Positions 36,652 through 50,129 of a stretch of DNA of 64,000 nucleotides are shown in pieces. The stretch's first letter is position 1. Each line of letters begins with the position of its first letter. This DNA comes from Takakia lepidozioides (taxonomy: Eukaryota; Plantae; Bryophyta). Under the pieces are notes generated by a model, which was not told where the DNA came from, did no database searches, and saw only the letters and a list, made by a program, of their open reading frames with translations. The stretch spans positions 9,858,001 through 9,922,000 of the forward strand of contig CM060731.1 in the NCBI GenBank assembly GCA_030704615.1. The letters run 5' to 3'. The translations under genes were made by a program, and so were the position numbers.

Positions 36652-39053
36652 TCAAGTCAGAATAGTGGCCAACCGTTTAACAGAATCAGATACGAAGACT
36701 GGATGTTTCACATAGTGTAAAATGGTGTAGATTTGAAAATCTATCAGTATCCTAGGTTTCAAGGTTGTTTCAATTGGTTGACCTGTCGCCCAAAAACATT
36801 CCCTGGTCATACTCTGGATTGAGAGACCTAAGCAAAGGAGTTGGTAGGAAAGAGTACTCAATGCTTCAAATTCTATGTGTGAGAGCCCTGGCAGCAGATT
36901 CTTATGGTCAGCCAACCACCTGTGACTGACTGGTGGATTCACCAAAGGTTCAGGTAGACTAAATTTGCCCTCCCTGGACTGCCTGCATGAAATGCTGAGC
37001 GTCGGTAGTGCCGTGACTACAGACAAGTCGTGTGGATCGCACGAATTACAACAGATCGATCAGATTGATGTATCTGCCTACCTAAAGAGCTGTTTACCTT
37101 GGAGTCGAATTTTAAGATCCAATATTTCGGTTTGAGAAGAACTTGGTGAACTGGTATTGCTTGTAGTCGGCAGTAAGACTGAGTCAGCGGAATAGTGGGG
37201 CATAATTCCGGTCATGAAGTCGTCACACCCCTGGTTCTGCACATAGTGTTTCAGCTCCCTCAATAGGCGCTCATAGGTTTTCGTCTCGCCAACAGCATTT
37301 AGCAACCTTGCGTACTCAAATTTGAATCTCGACTCGAACCAGCATAGTCATCATTGATTGATTCAGCCACATAATCTCAGAGTACTCCCCCACCATTGCA
37401 GAGCATCGGCGGCGATTGCCAGCTTTTTGCTGCTGACAAGCCAAGAGGCCGCATATTACTTTTCTGGCGTCATCATCCTCAAAGTTTGTCCCCTGCCAGA
37501 GCACCCCAGGCTTCTCTAAAGCTTTCTGCTTCTTTTCTTCCCTGCCGGTGGAGCTTCCACTCTCTTCCAGACCACAGACCCGCGCATAGTACGCAAGCCT
37601 GCAGAGAGTTTGCAAATGCATATGATCGTACACTCTTTTAACTTCACGCGATGGAACATCCAAATCTCCCCTGAATTGCTCGTCACTTTCATCACCTCGT
37701 CAAGAATCTTGACACATTTCGCACATCTTTTGCCTGATGAGGTGCAAGTTCATCAGCGTAGACATGCACACAGCATAGGAACGCAAAACGTTTTAAGACT
37801 GGTGCGAGATCCTCCGGAGATTCCACTCTCACACTCTTGTGACAGAGCTCATTGAACTCGACGGAAATGTCCCAGTCTTCATCGTCTTCTGCATATTTTG
37901 CAGTTAAATTATACCACTGCAATATCGTTCTTTGATGAGCCAGAGGAGTTGCATCAGCTTCAATGTGAGGATACAGTGGAAACATACTCTCCATCCTCTC
38001 CAACTCTGGCCGAACTAAGCTACACTGCATGATGCCAGCAGAGAATTGGTGAGTGGAGATCTCGCTGTACAGACATTAACACAGCCGACCCCTTCAGCTT
38101 TATAAATTTGTAAAGATGAGTCATTGAGCGCATGTCGATCCAGGGAGACAAGGGAAAAGACTATAGCTGGGGTCCAATTACAATGACTCGGGCCGTACCA
38201 TAGTGGGTCCGCATCGCGAAGAAAGTCATGTTCTTCTTCAGCAGCTTGAATTTTCCTCTGCAATTTCGAGTAGCCTAGGAGATGGACAATCTGCCTGGAT
38301 AAGAAGCATATCATCTACTACCGCGTTATGCTCATTGAGTACTGTTGAAGGACAGGAACTCCAGCTCAGAAGCAAACCCAAAAGCAAGTCGTAGTCGTAA
38401 TCCAGTACTGATTCACTCACTTCCTTTAACAGGTCTAAACAGGCCCCAAAATGAGTTGAAGCGCTACCAGAATCTCCGCCTCGCTCAGCACCATTGGTGC
38501 CACAAGGCCTCTTTCTGGGTAGTCAAATGGTCGGGAAAGCTGTCCAAGGATTCTTCCACCTCATCAATTCCAGGTCTGCAGCACTAGCAAGTTTTTCAAG
38601 GCAATCTGCACAGACACTTCATTTCAAGGTTTTGTCTCTACATACGGCATCCAGTTTCGTGCAAGCTCGAACGCTTTGAACAACACTCATCTGATACAGA
38701 TTATCACATCAACACGGTATCAGACATATAATTGCTTTGACTCTGCACTCGAGGGTTTGGAAAGCGTTGCAAAGGAGCTTGCAGGAGCCTTCAGGAAGTA
38801 TACCACTTGGTGCCAGCACAATTTCAATGTCAAATCCTTCAAACTTATTCTGCAAGCGTCTCACCTGATTTGCCTCTAGATTTCCAAATGTGGCTTGTGA
38901 CGCAGATGTTTCGAGCATTCTCAACTCCTGTCATTAACAGAGTAGTATTTCATGTTTTGCTGCGGTTCCGTCGACTAGAAACCGAGCGGAAGAACTTTGA
39001 ACCTAACAGAGATACCTTGAACCAAGCAAGTCGGTTGGTTTGTTAACAGTCAT
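36652..39053 (-). pseudogene. Long decayed, apparently intronless coding-like region of unknown family
   Basis: A chain of same-strand ORFs (38709-38924, 38238-38420, 37692-38030, 37316-37663, 37078-37305, 36652-37026) can be linked through single stops or frameshifts. The composition is globular, but no motif was recognised. Confidence 0.35.
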
Positions 39054-39501
39054 GAGAGAAATGGATGCAAGGACATGGATGTAATGCATGGGGTTGTGAG
39101 GATGGGGCAGCTGTCCAGTTTCAGGACTGTTGGTTTATAGCAGCCTCTGATGTGGTAGCCGCCAAGACCTGTCTTCCGGAGGCTATCCTCGTCTTCTGTT
39201 TCAAATTACTGCACCATCTTGGAGTACCCCAGCTGATCTTTGCTTCGCGTTGTCGAAGATGGGTTTCCCCCGTGGTTGTATAGAGGAGAGTTCAATAAAG
39301 ATTTTGGGTTGAAGCAGTACTCTGGGACGATGTTGGTGCTGACGCAGTACAAACATGGCAGGATGTCACACTTCAGAGTGTGCAAGTAATTAATGTCAGT
39401 CTGCAAAGGTGTTTGATCATGGATTGATAGTCACGCAGAGTGGGCCCGACATGCAGCCGATTTGCTAGTCTTCTTTAGGGTTTGAACAGGGTGCTGTAGC
39501 T

Positions 39502-39821
39502 ATGAAGGGTTGGGGGTCGCATGATGACAGCGCCGGCGATAGTGAGAGTGGCAGTCCCGGGGAAATATCTGCAGAGGGTAAAATGAGAGACACAGAGATC
39601 CGCATGTTCCGTGTGAGCGTGGATGTGCGAAGCTTCAAGGCCAACATGCACTTACCGATGCGCTCAGTCAATGCATTTGTGCGTTTAGTACTACCACCCG
39701 AGATTGTGAGGCTTGCAGTGGCGGCGTCTAACACTCCTTCCAAGGTCTTTGCCCCTCTTCGAACTCACCCTCCTGTTCTCGTCAACAAGGGTACTGAAGT
39801 TAATATTTCGAATGGGTGAGT

Positions 39822-39855
<34 letters not shown>

Positions 39856-42800
39856 CTATTCAGGGACACCCAATCCCTCGTTTTTTTTTTCTTGCGAGGA
39901 CCGGCAATGCATACACTAGGATTTCACCTCAGCGAATTTCTTGAAGTTGATTAGTTGTTTTTGTGCTGCTTGTTGAGGGCCCCACATTCTGTCTTATCAT
40001 ATCCTGCTTTCTTTTGTCCTATAAGCTCTTTGAGTCGTGGACGACATAGAGATTCTTTCTTGCTTTCTCGCTCATGGAGGAAAACTTCTTGCATGTTTGT
40101 GGTGTCTTCCAACTGTTACCGCCCGGGCTTGGGTCGTCGTCTCTGGCCACCGCAACTCATACCCCTAGGTTTGCAGTGCATTGCACTTCAAACGAGCCAA
40201 CTCCCTAGCTTTGTCCCTCGCATATCGAAACCTGTGACTAGTATGAGCGTTCACTTATCACTTCATGCCATTGTGGCAACTATGGTCTATGCTTTAGTTT
40301 GGGTCCATTACAAGATTGAGGGGCTGTTTGGGCATTTAGTTGCTCTAAGGTCCCTGCAAACACTATGGCCGGTAATAAATTTGTGCAGGTAAAGCTGCCT
40401 CATCTCTGGCTCCTCGAGTTATTACATTTGGGTGATCCTTGTCATAGAGGCACACAGTGAAGTATGGTGAGGCAACGTGGAGGTTCTTCTTTACCAGTGG
40501 AGCTATCTCTAAAGATCTATCACCAAATGCATTCATCTTATTTGATATTGGTTTTTTTCATATTTTGGAATGTGTGCATTTCACCCTTAGCTTATGACAG
40601 CAAACTTTGGGACCTACAAACCAGTATAGTAATGCTGTAACTTTTCTCTGAGGCATCTGTCTCATAACCCATGTGTCCCTTGATCTCAAGGGCAGTCTTG
40701 GACTTGCATTATATTGCCTGGGGCACTGTTGAGGGGATTTTCCTGGCATTTGGTTGCATTTGCGCTTTATCCCACCCACTGATTTGATTTTACTTGAAGA
40801 AGTTTGCCTTAACTTGGGCCCCTGATGTGAAACTAATTTTGAATGAGCCTGTCATATGCACACATCAAAGTAGGGTGAAAGCTACGTGGAGGTTTTTGTA
40901 GGTTGGTCTGAAAAGATCTCTCACCACTATGTTCAACTTATGGTGACAGACAGGAGGTCCTGTAACCTGGTGGCTGATATGCCATCCAAAGGACTGTTTT
41001 CAACTTTACCAATCTCTTTATGAGCCAGATTTCACATTCCACTAAACAGATGCTATCTGCAAGAGATGCTATCATGTCAGGCTGAAGAGTGGTTGATTTG
41101 GAAAGCAAGGATGAAATGTGGAAAATTGGTTGCATGGGAAGGTTATTGTTGCATTTTATTGTGCTTTTACTATGTATGTATTTGCATTACCAGTCTCCCA
41201 GGGCACATGGGAAAGTTGGTTTTGATCAGTGTGGAAGACTTTCTTTATCTGCAGGGAAACTTCTCAGTAATGTTACCACATCCTGTACATGAGCACTCAT
41301 ACTCATCTATATCGAAACTTTCAGCTCCAGTAGGTTTTTCACTTTCTGTGTGTTATCTCCCTGTGTGTGCCTCTTCCCCTGGACATGTCTGAAGCCTCCC
41401 TGTTATTGATTGGTATGCTCAAGGGAGGTTGTTGTACACAAACTGAGATTATTTTGATAACTTGTTGGCTCTATGTCTGCATTGTACTCTCTGTGGATCT
41501 TTGCTATCTCTCTCTGTTGAGGATTTGGTATGGCTGCCTTCTGTCGCTGTTTGTTTCATAAGTGTAAGAAGGCGATGGGCGGGCCGGTTGGGTGGACAGA
41601 CATGGGTGCCAAAGGCAAAGCACACATCACAGAGGGCTGATGGATGCATGGATGTGGGGTGGCGGATGTATGACTGAATGAGTGACTGTCCAGCTATATT
41701 GCCCTGGAGTTGCCTGCCTCTGCCCATGGCATGGCTGCCATGCTGGCACTACAGCCTGAGGTTATTGCCCAACTACTTCACCGTGACAAGTAAGCTTCTT
41801 CCGCCTTTTGTCCATACTCTTACGCAATGTCTGATATTGCCTTATCAACACAAGTTTTTGTGGTCCTACTCAAAACATGTCATGGTGCTTTGCATCAGCA
41901 ACATCCGGAACATAACCTAGTTTCTTAGGTCCTCTGTCAGGGTCATACATTGCAACAAGAAAATCCAACTATTGGTGCAACAGCACCTATTTTACTGGGA
42001 AGAGCAGCTGCTGGCCTCCATGTTTGATTCAGTGACTTCTGTCCGTCTTTAATCTGGTCACATGGTCTGAGATGGTGCATGGTGTATGTACTGGAGGCGC
42101 GCCCCTCACCAGAAGCCCTGGGTTCTAGTCTCTTCACCCTTCTCAAGGGGAAGCCTTAATGTGCTCTGGTCTAACAATGGTGTGTGTGTTTGTGCGGTTT
42201 CAATGATCCTGCAGGTATGCAGCAGATGTTGTATTGGGGGTGGCATCTGTACCCATGAAACAGCTGATGAAGCAGCCCCTGCTGGATGGCTATGCGCCTG
42301 TTTTAAAAACCACTTCTGGGGGGAAAACTGAGGAGGTAGTCAGATCTGCCACTTTGCTTACCCAGTGTGTCTTGTGATTGTAGACTTTTTCTGCACGTGC
42401 CTAATTGACCTTAAAGTTAAGAGATGGTTTTCAACATGAGCTGCCTAGGACCTGGAAGTGGTTAAGGATGTTTAGTGTGGCAATTGACTTCATAGGAAAA
42501 CTCTTTTGCCACCTCCTTGTATATGTTCATATCCAAATTCCTCCATCCTAAATTTGGATATCTAATCTAACTTTTTTAGGTTCTACGGTCAAGTGTAAGG
42601 TGGTTTCACACCCTGGTTGAACAAGTTTTCATCTGCAGGTGAGGATTGGGTCCCTACGGATTGTGCTTGGAATTGAGGAACTGGGTCCTGTGAAGGGCTT
42701 GGAGAAGAACAGACTTCTGACATTTGGAGGTCCTCCTTACCCTATCAAACAACCTGGTCTGGATGATCCATCTTTCGCAAGGCAAAATATGGGTTTCGTA

Positions 42801-45800
42801 TCCAGCCCACAATGTCCTTGTACACCTGTGGGAGAACGAGGCGCAAAAACCAACATGATGGAAGATGTTGATGAAAGGGAAATTTCAGCAGATAGGTCAA
42901 AAACTGACAGTGAAGTTATTTTCAATAAAAGCAGATCCCCAAAGAGGTGTGCAACTCATTCTGCAAGTACGAGTGAGAGGGTGGAGCCCTTGGCACCGAA
43001 AGGAAACCTGGAAGAGGAAGTCCGCCAACGTCCTGAATATGAACTGGCTTGGGAGTTTGAAATGTGGCGTCGATCAGAGGAGGCAAAGTGGCGTATAGAT
43101 ATGAAGGAGAGGGAGGTCGCTCGGATGAATATGCTTGAAGAGGAATGGAGAAAGAGAGAGAAACAGCGTGCTCTTGAGATGCGTAATTCCCAGGCAGAGC
43201 AAGCCAGTCTGGAGTCCAGGCTTCGGTAAGCTCCTTGATTCTAAGGGCAGTTTGTTAATGTCTTTTGCAAATAGTACTGCCTACGATTTGGGTCACGAAC
43301 CGCCTCCAGTAGCCCTGAAAGTAAGAGATCCTGCAGAATAAGGCAAGAAAAGTTTGGTTTTTCTTGGCCCAACGTTGGGAATTTCGCTAAGAATAAGATG
43401 TGTTGCTGTTACAGTCTCCATCTGAGTCTCGAAGGAACATCCACCTCCTGCCATGGTCTCCGATTTAGTACTTTGGCCGTCTGACAACAGGGAAAAGCTT
43501 TTCAAGTTGGAGAAAAGGGAGAGAGCCATTGTTCTTATGGAAGAAGAGATTTTGCACCGTAGAGAAGCTCTTGAACGCGAGAATGCATCCCGTTCCTCGG
43601 ATGCACAGGTAAAGGACTGAAACAGTTTCCCATGGTTGTCTGTTCCTAAGTTGATTTGGTGGACAGTGAACCGTTGCTCTCTTACCTGTTCTCGTATACC
43701 TTGGTGGGCTGAAACTGCGCAACTGACTTCCAGTTGTGTTTTCTAGCATAGTATAGAAACCGTTTACATCAACATTCAACTGCTCTTAAAGAGAATGTCA
43801 TTCACTGGCACTAGTGCTGGGACAGATTTGGCTCAGTTTCCATTTCCCAGTGGGTACATTTCTGATAAGCCATAGCAGCTATGCCCTCAAGGGCTTCTCA
43901 AAGCCAGTGTTCACAGGGAACCATCAATGAGTACATAGTTACACAAACACTCACCAGCCAGGTTGAGTTCTTGATAAAAAGATTGTACTCATAAGACGTT
44001 GTTTGCTGTAGCCTTGTGGCCATTGACCCCGCGCCCAGTTTAAGCGGGAACAAAAGGGACAGAACCTACCTCTGTCAGGGGCTGACGTTGGTAGTAAGAC
44101 TTACCTCCATATAAAGAATTAATCCGGGTTTTCCAGATATCCTCTAGAAATCCCTTCACACAAGCATCAATCTGCTGTGTGTGATTTGCCCAAAAACTAG
44201 GCCTCAGGAGGGCCTGGGCTTTTGGCTCAGCCTCGAGACTTTCAAAGTTGGTAAACAGGGGTACAGGCACAATTCCCTTAATAGATTTGAAGAGAGCGTC
44301 TCTTTGGTGAGAGAACCCCGGACAGTGTATCAGAAAATGAATACTGTCTTCAGATTGCCCACACAACGGGCAATTGCACTCTCCCTTTCCTCTCTTCTTC
44401 TGTTTGCTGTTCAAAGGTAGGCTTCCTGCCCTGAGTTTAAATTTCAGTCTAGTGCCGAGAGTGGGTAGACCCTTGAGGTCATCCAAGATGTCCTCCCCCA
44501 TGTCACAGACTGGAAACAAGTTCAGGGAATTTTTCTGCCTAACTTCATTTTCATCAGACAATCTCATGGCAACAGACATGGCTGAGGACACTACAGCCTC
44601 TAAGTCAGATTTATCCAGCAGGGTCAAGACTTGCGGATCCAGGTCCAGGTCCTTGAGAATCTCTTCTACTCTCTTCTGCCAGGACTTAGCCTGTTTGACA
44701 GGGCGGTCCTGTTTCCAAGATATAGAGTCGATTAATTTAGGATATCTGGTGTTGGGCATATGTTGCAGCTGACCCCACCATCTGACCTTGAATTCATCTC
44801 GTTGGGAGCTTAAGGACGGAATGCCAAACTCACCCCGAACAGCCACATTGGCTATTTTGGAGCATGCTGACATACACTCCTTAAGCACCCCCACTTGAAT
44901 GGATTCTAGAGACTTAGCCTGGTTGGAGTTATCAGCCCATATAGCAGATCCGTACTCCAAGGCAGGTCTAATAACGCGACAAAGCATGGTTTTCTTAACC
45001 TCAGAGTTGACCCCTCTGCAGTGGAAAATTTAGTGAGCCCCAGAGCTTTGCCCTTGCCAGTTTGAACAACTTTCCGGATATGTGCATCCCAATTACAATT
45101 GGAGGAGAACTCAACGCCCAGGTAAGTGTAGGAAGGGAGGACCGGGATCTCTTGGCTACCCCACTGCCACTTAAGATCACTTCCTCCCTCTCCTCTGTCG
45201 TTGAATGATACCACTGCACATTTGCTGACATTAGCCTCTAGCCCCCAAAGATCAAAGTATCTCTTCGCGCAATCAATCAACTCCTGGAGATTGGTTGGAG
45301 TCTCCCCTATGCCTGCGAAGTCATCCGCAAACATAAGGGCTGGTATGGTGGTATCACCCACCCTTAACCCAAATCCCTCACTTTCCACATCCTCGAGGAG
45401 TTGATTGATGAAAACATTGAAGAGCAGAGGGGAGAGAGTACATCCTTGAGCTACACCTTGGTCTATGTCAAAGAAGTTGGACTTCTGTCCGTTAACAGTG
45501 ACACAGCTTTTGGTGTGAGCATACAAGTTGTGGACAACTCTCCACATCTTTCCCTTGATCCCACAAGACCAGAGGCGGAACCATAGGCCATCTCTCCACA
45601 CTGTGTCATAAGCCTTTTTGACATCCAGGAAAAAGACATAAGTGGGTTTCCCTTCTTTTTTCCTTCCCTGGATAATCTGGCTTAGAGTGAAGATATGATC
45701 CACACAGCCCCTGTTTCGCCGAAAGCCAGCTTGGCCTTCATGGAAACAACCTCTAGACTCCAGATCAACCTCGAGACGAGTACTCATAACTCTGCAGAAT

Positions 45801-48656
45801 GTCTTGCCAACAGCATTGAGGAGCGTGATGCCACGGTAGTTCCCCGGTTCTTCTCTGTCACCCTTCTTGTATAGATTAATGACCCCCTGTCGCCAGCGAA
45901 AGGGGATCATTTCTGTCTTCCAGATAAGGTTAAAGAGGAGAACTAGGGCCTCTATCATGGGATCGCCACCGTGCTTGATAAGCTCGTTGACAATACCATC
46001 AGGTCCACCAGCTTTATATCCATTTAAATGTTCAATTGCTTCCACAATCTCAGAAGAACTAATGGGAGCATTATAAGCCATTGAAATATACTGCAGTTCA
46101 TCAGGGCTGTTTTGAATCATAGGAACAGTTTTTCCAACTGTGTCCCTCCATTCAGCAGAAGACCCCTCACTGTTAGACCTAGAAGTTCTGCCAAGGATAC
46201 TGTAGTGAGTTTCAAAGGTTTTGACAATGTCAACCGATGAAGTCACCACTGCACCTTTAGTAGTCTTCAGCGCTTGTACTTGCTGACCGTTTTTCAGCTT
46301 GTACAAACGTTGAAGGGCCAACCAGGATTTCTTGTCATTACCACCATGGTGGTTTGAGTTTATTTCACTGTATAGCTTGTCCCAGTATAATTTGTTCTGA
46401 GACCTAACAAGCTGATTGATATCTTTACGGAGCTGGTAGTACCTCGCCCACAATTCTCTGTTGGTTTCCAAATTGCAGCACTCTTTCTAGAGGGCTCGTC
46501 TCTCAGCTATCTTGAGTTTAATCTCATTAGTCCACCAATTAACTGCTCTACCGCAGACAATTAGTTTCCTCCGATGATCTTGTCAGCCACGGAGGAAACG
46601 AAACTCTCCCAAGAGTCCACTGCTCTTTCGACTTCATTTCTTGCGTTAACAGAGCGTGACTGAAGTTCTTGGAGCGATTGGACAAAATGAGGGAGAGCCT
46701 CTTGCAAGGCCTGGATGTACTCAGCCTTGACCTCCTCATTGTGGAATTTTTCTATGCGCCACTTCCGAATCGAACGTTTCACAGATCTCTTGGTGGTGGG
46801 AAAACACCTTTTGATCTCAGTCCAAACCAGGAAGTGGTCAGAGGTACCAATATCAGTTCTGTCGATCAACACATTGGCACACTGGGGGAACAAAATTTTG
46901 TCCATTATGATATAGTCCACAATAAAACGTTCCCCAGTTTGGGGTTTCTCACGAGTCCACTGCACTTGGTCACCTCTTGTCCTGTTATTCAAGGTCAAAA
47001 GCTGAAGCTCTTCTAGTCAGTTAATTAACCGTCTGCCATTAGAATTCAGCTCGTCCTCACCAAAAGGTCCAATGATATCGTCCTGATGGATACCTTTGCC
47101 CACCCGGGCATTGAAATCCCCCAATAGTACCACCTGACCTTTGGCAAGGAACGAAGCACAGTCCAGCTTTACATCTTCGAAGGCCTTGTCTGCGTCAGCA
47201 CTAAGGGTCCCCTCTGTGGGCATGTAAACACAACCAACAAAGAGGTCCTTTGTACTCATACCGCCCTTCAAATTCAGTTTTAGCCAGATACTATGCTCGT
47301 ACCTCAAACCCTTGTTGATAATTTCACAATTGTCAAACAAGAAATCACGGACAAATCCGACCCCTTTTTGACCGCGTTTGGCAGAGGCTGCCTTGAGAGT
47401 ACACATCTTACTATAAAAGAGTTGCTCAATATGACACATCTCATTTTTCTTTTGTAGCTGGACGCAAATTGTCCTTGAAACCTTTAATTCTGCAGGTGGC
47501 AGTAACGAGGTTGCAGGCTGAGTGTGAGCATCGGGTGGAGCTTGAACGCAGCAAATATGCCGCCCTCCAAGACCAGCACACCATGCTCGAACAGCGACTC
47601 TCCACTTCCAATGCTTCATTGGCAACTCTAGAGAAACAGTTTTGGGAGTTTCGAGCTGCACAGAGAGGCACATCAGAGGCTGAGCTGGTGGCCCAGATCA
47701 TCACCTTGAAGCAGCAATGTAGTGACTTGCAGAGGAAAGCTGAGTTGGCAGTGCGGGGCAGGAATGATTACAAAGATCAGGTACTCATGAGAAGAAAAGA
47801 CTATGAGGAAATATCTGTCAGGGTTGCACCAAAGTCACAACCAACAGCATAGGCGTAGCCCTCAAGTAGCAATGATGTTGTGTTCCAGAAGACAACGGTT
47901 ATGACTCACTGCTGAAGTCTCTAATAAAACTCATAAGCTGTTTTGATGCAGGTCCTGAAGATGGCCAAGGAGCTTGGAAGCTGGCATCGGCAGCATACTG
48001 AGGTGGAAGCTAACCGGTCTGTGCAAGAGCGGGTGCGGCTGGAAGTCCAGGCGGTTGCAGCTCTGGTCGAGTCTCAGTCACAGAAGACCAGAGAAGATCG
48101 ACTGGAGCTGCAGCAGCTAAAGGAGCAGCTGGAACACCTCCAACTGCATGAGCAGGAAGCTGTGACTGTTGCACCAGTTCCTGTCTCACAGTGTGTTCCT
48201 GAGAACTCCAGTAAAGAGGAACATAGAACTTCCACAAGGAAGGATCCAGTCAAGGTAGAAAGTGTGGTTGGAAATTGTCCGAGAGTTTTTCAGGATGACA
48301 AAGTTTCAATTCCCAAGGGGGTTGGACCTGGGGTTGAATCTTTGTCTCGAAAGCCTCTTGTGGAGGTGGGACAGAAGCAGGGAGGTGTACTTGGAGCACG
48401 CCTGGAAAAGCATGTAGAAAGTGGAGGCAAGACTCCAATTTTGGAGGATCGGTCTCTCGAAATAGCACCCAGTGATAGAGAGAACAAGACCAAATGGCAG
48501 GGTTCAGAATCAGCAACATCCATCAAGAGTGAAACTGCACGCATGTTAAAGCAGAGGGCAGACTTGCTTCGAACAGGTGTTTACAATGTGAATGACAGGG
48601 TCATCAAAGGTCTGGACCTAGAGATTCACCGCCTGCAAGTTGGTTCCGGGACATGA
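39502..48656 (+). CDS. CEP120: Centrosomal protein CEP120-like (C2 domain plus coiled coil), 7 exons, ~741 aa
   Basis: Exons 39502-39815, 41694-41789, 42215-42335, 42639-43225, 43491-43608, 47496-47780, 47952-48656, in frame (2226 nt). The C2 domain reads FRVSVDVRS...THPPVLV...HRDK.AADVVLGVASV...GIEELG. The coiled coil includes EYELAWEFEMWRR..E..W, LEEEWRKREKQR, CEHRVELER and a C-terminal LLRTGVYNVNDRVIKGLD, matching CEP120 as I recall it. The start is uncertain because of an in-frame acceptor at 39489. Confidence 0.9.
43982..47385 (-). mobile_element. RTE-X-like LINE (EN-RT-CCHC), 5'-truncated, antisense in CEP120 intron 5
   Basis: Endonuclease VYMP, LGDFNARVG, VDYII, SDH; RT AGGPDGI, NYRGITLL, QAGFR, FLDVKKAYDTVWRDGLW, GVAQGCTLSP, LMFADD, YLGV; C-terminal CPLCG..EDSIHFLIHC. 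A few stops and frameshifts. The clade name is inferred. Confidence 0.92.
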
Positions 48657-50129
48657 GGCCTCTCAAGGTTTAGTAGGTGAGTTCCATCGCATACAAGCTG
48701 CTGCAACATGAACAAGCATTCTGAACAATTCTGAACAAGCATTGGACTACCCACTGTGTCTGGTGTCCATGCCAAACCTGTGTTGCCATGAGGCCAAAGC
48801 AACCATTCTGATGAGTTTATCTCAATGTCCTTCTCTAGCATGCCCAGGGGCACTTGCCTCAAAATTAGTTTCTCTCATAAGACTGAAAGCGACCTCTTGA
48901 GCTAATTCATCTAAGAAGTAAATGGAACAGCAGAGTTGGGGTAGTCTGATGAATTCTCTTGTCATTTGCTTTCTCATGAAAAATTCTTGATCCTTCTCCC
49001 GTGATGTGTTCTTGTGTTGATCTTCCTGACTGCTGCAACAGACATGCTGTTCCCTGGTGTTGCAGTCGTTGGAGATATGATTTCATATTAGTATTGGCCT
49101 AGACCTGTAGTCCACCGTTTTGGGAATCAGGGATGATTTTCAATGGCTGTCATATTAGCATTGCAATTGCACAGCAGTCCTGATGGGCCTCTAGATCTCA
49201 CATTCCTCATTGGATGTATTGGCATTGGAGGGCAAGTCTGGTGCCCAGCCTTGGTAACTGCGGGGTTTCCATACTGATAAGGCTCTGTTGATTGCTAAGT
49301 TTGACTGTGAACCCCACTTATAGATGGGACCACAACACTGATCATGTTGTGTGGTACGGGAGATGGGGGGATTGGAATTTCTGAGGAGATGGACTCAATG
49401 TTTCTTACCTACAAAGCTATCTGACACCCAAAATGCTAGCATCTCTTCAACCCAGCATTGTCCAGCTTGATCCTGGAGAGTGGCACTAACACAAACTATT
49501 TCCCCAACCAGAACGTGGCCAAAAAAGCCTACCGCACTTCGCCGTCCCTTGCCATCTTCAATCCAAATGGGACATCAAATGGGCTGGCCTTGGCTTCGTA
49601 GCAGAGAAGTGGGGCTCCATCTGGTCCCACATTTGGGCCAAATTGCGGCACTCTAAAACAAGTGCGATCTTATGGCAAATAGCCAATAGAATTCTACAGT
49701 CTGCTCATTGCTTCAATTCACGGACTCGCTGCTCTGTAACTGCTGTGATTTGGGGATCTCGGAAAGCTTGGAGCTGCCTGCTGGCATGCTCTACTTCCAC
49801 CTACGCTAGTCTGGCCTTTCATCAAATCGTTGTACAGGGCTTGGAGCCAACAAGCATTCTCTGACACTCACAAGCACTGCTTTAGGGCTTCTTGGGGGTT
49901 TCATTTTTCCCTCCCGGTATCAGTAAAAGCTTGGCTTTTCAAAAACAGAATGGATACCTTATACTAATCTATTAATACACACACATATATATATAAAGAG
50001 AGAAACATGTAATTTGTATTCTGGGAAGGAAGGAAGGAAGCGAGGGAGGTTTGTGTGTGCGAGACGTGCGAGGGGGAAAGTAGTGGGCAACGATTGACAA
50101 GAGTTTGAGGGAGGCGACGAACAGCAGCC

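Noticed and set aside
38015-38314. EHDF...WTP segment as a bunyavirus-like L endonuclease
   Set aside because: The catalytic PD and D/ExK residues are absent and no RdRp motifs follow.
47017-47673. 218-aa minus ORF read as a LINE endonuclease with a novel N-terminus
   Set aside because: The upstream half is the antisense of CEP120 exon 6 and its intron. Only ~47017-47385 is LINE.
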